Positions 27,870 through 32,000 of a DNA stretch of 32,000 nucleotides are shown here, in pieces. The first letter of the stretch is position 1. Every line of letters starts with the position of its first letter. The notes below the pieces were generated by a model. It made no database searches, was not told the DNA's origin, and saw only the letters and a program-made list of their open reading frames with translations. This stretch comes from Zygophlyctis sp. KS116 (Eukaryota; Fungi; Chytridiomycota). The stretch is taken from the NCBI GenBank assembly GCA_054661495.1, contig BAAFSQ010000066.1, positions 1 to 32,000 of the forward strand, given 5' to 3'. A program made the translations under genes and the position numbers.

Positions 27870-29129
27870 CTATTCGATCAATGGGCCGTCAATATTTGTT
27901 TTAGATTCCTTTGCAAATTGTAATAAATCATTTACTATAGACTGCCAAGCAATATTTACATATGTAATAGACACTATTAGTCCTCTATGTAATGATTCTT
28001 CAGATTTTGAATGATCAGATGCTAAAGAGCCTAGTATATATTTTGATGCAACTCCTCCAAGTTTTTTCATTAGTCCAGAATCTTTTTTTTCTTCTTCTAA
28101 ACGTGATAATGAATTAATTGCAACTTGACATTGTCCTTTTCCTTTTGGTCCACGCATCATTATATATTCAGTCTTTTTTAAACTTGATAGACTTGAAGAA
28201 GGCCCTAATTTTGACCAACTAGACTTTAAAGTTTGAGCTGCTAAACTCTTTTGAGAGTAAACATCTGATAAAGAGAGAAAAGGAACTGCACCTTGAAAGA
28301 GTATAATTTTACTTGTATCTGGAGGAGTTGGAAATGGTGATAAATCATCATTCAACTCTAAATTTGCCTTTTCACTTGATCCTCTAGTCATTGAAGTAAA
28401 ATCCTTGTTTATTCCTAGTTTTTGTGGTAGTAAAATACATAATTCTACACATAAATATTCATTTTGACAAATTTCCAATTGTAAACTTGAAGATTCAAAA
28501 TCATTAACTGTATAATATACAAAAGGAAACGAACATTCATTCATTAAAGCATCTTTTACATCCATTCTTGACTTGTAAGGAGCTGAAAATACTTTTTTAA
28601 CCATTCTATTAGTTGCAACCATTTTCTGTCTTTTTTGTTGAGAGTCTATATGTAATTTATTACCAGTATTTGACATTGTATTAGCAGATGATGTACTATT
28701 TGAACCAGATTCAAAAATTGTAGAAATTTCTTGCTTCTGACAGACTGCAACAGTCAAATAACAAGAAATTTGTGAGATTAGATTTAAAAAGAATGTTTTT
28801 TTCCAGTCTATAGAAACATTCAACTCTGGAAGTCCTGCATTTGCAACTCTTCTCTTGACGAGAATACAATCATTTTGTGAAACTGAATCATCATCCAATA
28901 CAAAAAACAATAAATCATCGTTTGCATCCCCAGAATAGTCTATAAAGTTTGAGATAAATAGCGATTTCCATCTTGGATCACAAGCGTCAAAGTCCTTGTC
29001 ATCCGTTGGACTTGGCAGAGAGTCTTTTGTAGCCGACGCTCTTGAATTCCTTGGTAGAGGAAATATCGGACCATGTAAATTCTCTACCAACAGTTTATCC
29101 AAGAGCAATAGAAGCGTTTCGGGTGACAT
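27870..29129 (-). CDS. KIAA0930/DUF2045-family protein
   Basis: DDLLFFV, IDWKKTFFLNLI, SRMD, LCVEL, LFQGAV and MRGPKGKGQCQVA. Intronless. Confidence 0.8.
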   Translation of the reverse strand: MSPETLLLLLDKLLVENLHGPIFPLPRNSRASATKDSLPSPTDDKDFDACDPRWKSLFISNFIDYSGDANDDLLFFVLDDDSVSQNDCILVKRRVANAGLPELNVSIDWKKTFFLNLISQISCYLTVAVCQKQEISTIFESGSNSTSSANTMSNTGNKLHIDSQQKRQKMVATNRMVKKVFSAPYKSRMDVKDALMNECSFPFVYYTVNDFESSSLQLEICQNEYLCVELCILLPQKLGINKDFTSMTRGSSEKANLELNDDLSPFPTPPDTSKIILFQGAVPFLSLSDVYSQKSLAAQTLKSSWSKLGPSSSLSSLKKTEYIMMRGPKGKGQCQVAINSLSRLEEEKKDSGLMKKLGGVASKYILGSLASDHSKSEESLHRGLIVSITYVNIAWQSIVNDLLQFAKESKTNIDGPLIE

Positions 29130-29606
29130 TTTTTAATTTTTACTCTGTTGTGGATTTTGATGGTTGTTAAATGATCTTTTGTTATCAAAACTTTAGATCC
29201 ATCCAATGTTGGACTATTTTAGAATGAATGCAGCTCTTGAAATCCTTTAAAGATGTCAAGATGTGGGATTAAAATCAAAACTAATAATTATAAACTGCAA
29301 AATATAATTTTATAATAATCTAGTATTCTAAAGTAATATTCAACTTGTCCGATTTACCCAAGCTCTCATCAGGGTTATTTTCTCTCTAGGTTTGAGACTT
29401 TTATCCCAACTGGTAGGTTTGATACTGATAAGTTTATCACGTGCTCATAACAAGCTGCTTGTGCGCACTGATTTGCCATGATCCACAAACGCAAAAATGA
29501 TGGAAAAGCTTTAATCAATTTTGACTGTTTTAGTGTTTAGGCTAAAGTCAAGTCCAGAGAGATTTCTCAATTTTAACTAGAATTTACATTAGAATTTACA
29601 CTAGAA

Positions 29607-30898
29607 ATGATTGTTTTTTTACTCTTTATGGCTGTATCCTGTGGTAATACTCTAAAAATAATTTTATTTTAGTACCGGTAGATCCAGGGCGATTGAATGC
29701 TTTATCAAACGCAAACCTAAAAATAGGAATTCCGAAAACTAGTCGAAATTTTGGACAGGTTTTGATTCAGTCGATTTTTACAGAAACTCACAAATCTGAT
29801 TCACAAAATATAAATCAGATTTTGGATGAGTCGGGAGCATTGGATTTACATGACTCCAGAGAAAGAACCCTAGCACTAAAACATCTACAAGTTTTGCTTT
29901 CAAACCCTTCAGTTTTAGCTGCTAAAAATGAAAAGGGAAGGGCTTGGATAAAACAATTAGTACACGGGTATGAAAGAATAGTAGAAATCGCTCCTCTTTC
30001 AGCTGAAACAGATGAAATTTTAAGTGACTTTAAAAATGCCCTCAAGAATTTTGTATCCGATGAACAATTGAAATTTATTGATGATGCAGCACTCAAACAA
30101 AAGACTTTTCAATTATCACTCGGTGAAGATGATTTGGAATTTCCTATTTCACTAGGAACTGGTCAGGATGAATTAGTGTTGGTGGGAAAGTTGGGTCAAG
30201 GCGCATATGGTGCTGCATTTGAAGCATACTCTAAAGGAGGAAGCGTTATTGGGCCTTTAGTAGTCAAAATATTCTTGAGAAATAGACAACATAATTCTTA
30301 TCCGTCTTTTCAAATGGAAAAAAAAGTTTTGGAAAAATTAAAAAGGTTGGTTCATGCTGATAATGATTTTTGGATGTTGGTGTACAAAAAGGTTGAAGGA
30401 GATGATCTTTTAAGTGTTTTTTATCAAAATCCAGAAAAATCTGACTTGTACAAGGATGATTATGAAAAGTTGAGTTCGGACTTTTACTTAAAGACTGGAA
30501 TGATTCATGGAGATATACGGCCTCCAAATGTAATTGTAGAAAAAAATACTGGGAAATTAACTCTGATTGATTTTGGGAGAACTTTTGTTCCCGAATTGAA
30601 GTCTTTCCCAGATTTGTTGCGTAAAGATGTCCAATGGGCCAGGAATGAATTCAAATATTCTATTCTTTTCATCAAAATGGAAAAAGGATATCAAAAACCT
30701 ACTGAAGAGGGCTCTTTAGACGCTATTGAAGAGTATCTAGATTATTTGCTGAAATATGAAGATCGAGAAGACCAAGTACAATCAGAAGTATTGAGATATT
30801 ACAAACTTGTAAATCAACTTAGGGAAGAAAGAAATGTAACCAATGAGAGAATCAACCACTTTAATCAATACTATACTAAATATTTGAAATATACATAA
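29607..30898 (+). CDS. Putative secreted protein kinase-like protein
   Basis: Leader exon MIVFLLFMAVSC spliced over a 29-nt intron (29644-29672) in frame with the 29693 ORF. Kinase motifs LGQGAYG, VVK, HGDIRPPNV and IDFG. Confidence 0.8.
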
Positions 30899-31020
30899 AA
30901 ACCCGAATGCATTTCTCGTGAATAATTTCTCTCTGATATATATCGCCTTTAGTTCATTAAATCAGACTCTTTATCCCTTGAATTTAACTAGGGAAGACAT
31001 CAATCTTTATGAAAGTTTGG

Positions 31021-31051
31021 GATCATGTCCGATCATGTCCGATAAGTCCGA
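31021..31051 (+). promoter_or_regulatory. Triple GTCCGA motif cluster upstream of ATG27
   Basis: GATCATGTCC-GATCATGTCC-GATAAGTCCGA, ending about 33 bp before the ATG. Confidence 0.5.
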
Positions 31052-31083
31052 TATCTCATGTCTGACGTAAGATTGATTGTTTG

Positions 31084-31874
31084 ATGATTATAATAATTCT
31101 TTTGCAGATATTGAGAGCTCAGGCTCAGTTTACAAACTGCTCATACATAAAATCAAAAGATCTCTTGTTTAATCTTTCTTCAATGGCTAAAATTGATATT
31201 AATCTTTTGACAGTCAACTATTCACTCTCTGTGACAAAAGTAAATCTTACTGGAGATATATGTGGGCCCATCAGTTCTGAATGCAGTGATCATAATGCAT
31301 GGTTTTGCCAGACAAGGATAAACTACAAAAATAATACAGCATATCTCATTGATGCAGTTGGCTTATCTGATCATCCACCAAATATTTCTGTATCAGATCA
31401 TTTGCCTGATACGTTAACTTTGGATTATGGTGAAAAACTAAAAATACATTATAAATGTAAAAGAAATGATGCAGATGTAATCTAAATCAATCCTAAAAAT
31501 TAGAATTTATACAAGTTTATAATGCCTCATAATTCAACAATTGTCACAGAACTTATTATCGAATCAGAGAAAGCCTGCCCTATTCAACCAAATAATCAAG
31601 AGCATGGAAATAGTTCAAGATCAATCATTGGTGGGTTTCTGACTAGCTTCTGCATTCTAACATCCATATACTTTATTCTGGGCACTGCATACAATATGTC
31701 GGTGAATAAGAGTAAGTTGACTTATTATAATATCTAGTTACAGAATTTCCAGACATGATCCCACATATAGATTTTTGGAGAAGTATAACTTCAAAGTTTA
31801 GAGATCTAATTTTGAAATTGGTTGATAAAACTAGGTCTGGAGGACATGCTGGAAGTGGTTATGTTAGCCTATAA
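31084..31874 (+). CDS. ATG27: Autophagy protein Atg27 / M6P-receptor-like type I membrane protein
   Basis: Signal peptide, Cys-containing lumenal domain, TM helix (..YFILGTAYN), DMIPHIDFWR and terminal YVSL sorting motif. Introns at 31477-31503 and 31712-31737. Confidence 0.8.
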
Positions 31875-31887
31875 ATTAAGAAATAAA

Positions 31888-32000
31888 TTAAGGATCAATC
31901 AGACAGTCTTCAAGACTGATGGTTTCGTCCAACCGTTTTGATAACAGTTTTCGTGTCCATCTGTAGCGATTAGATACCAGAATGCTCAAAAAGGCTTGAG
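31888..32000 (-). CDS. Possible 3' end of a gene entering from the right edge
   Basis: One frame is open to TAA: QAFLSILVSNRYRWTRKLLSKRLDETISLEDCLIDP*. No recognisable motif. Confidence 0.3.
   Translation of the reverse strand, partial: QAFLSILVSNRYRWTRKLLSKRLDETISLEDCLIDP

Overview
AT-rich, very gene-dense eukaryotic nuclear DNA, most likely from a zoosporic (chytrid-type) fungus. It combines fungal genes (YAK1, HOM2, GT34 glycosyltransferase, VPS74, ATG27) with flagellar genes (CCDC96/CFAP184, DNAL4, FAM92/CIBAR) and a phenylalanine hydroxylase. About 22 protein genes are present. The fragmented ORF track is explained by tiny GT-AG introns: I resolved about 51 by hand, and 49 are 23-35 nt (mode 26-28). 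The only two long introns (91 and 226 nt) are both in the RNA helicase gene DBP2. Both fold into clear stems that hide or abut cryptic 3' splice sites, making them a candidate structure-based autoregulatory splicing switch. Other highlights: a GTCCGA motif clustered just upstream of genes; divergent gene pairs with only 28-36 bp between start codons; a signal-peptide-bearing kinase whose leader exon is missed by the ORF track; and a small accessory island with an F-box-like/ankyrin gene, its deleted duplicate and a Tc1/mariner remnant. All splice sites and family assignments come from manual reading and recalled motifs, not from database searches.
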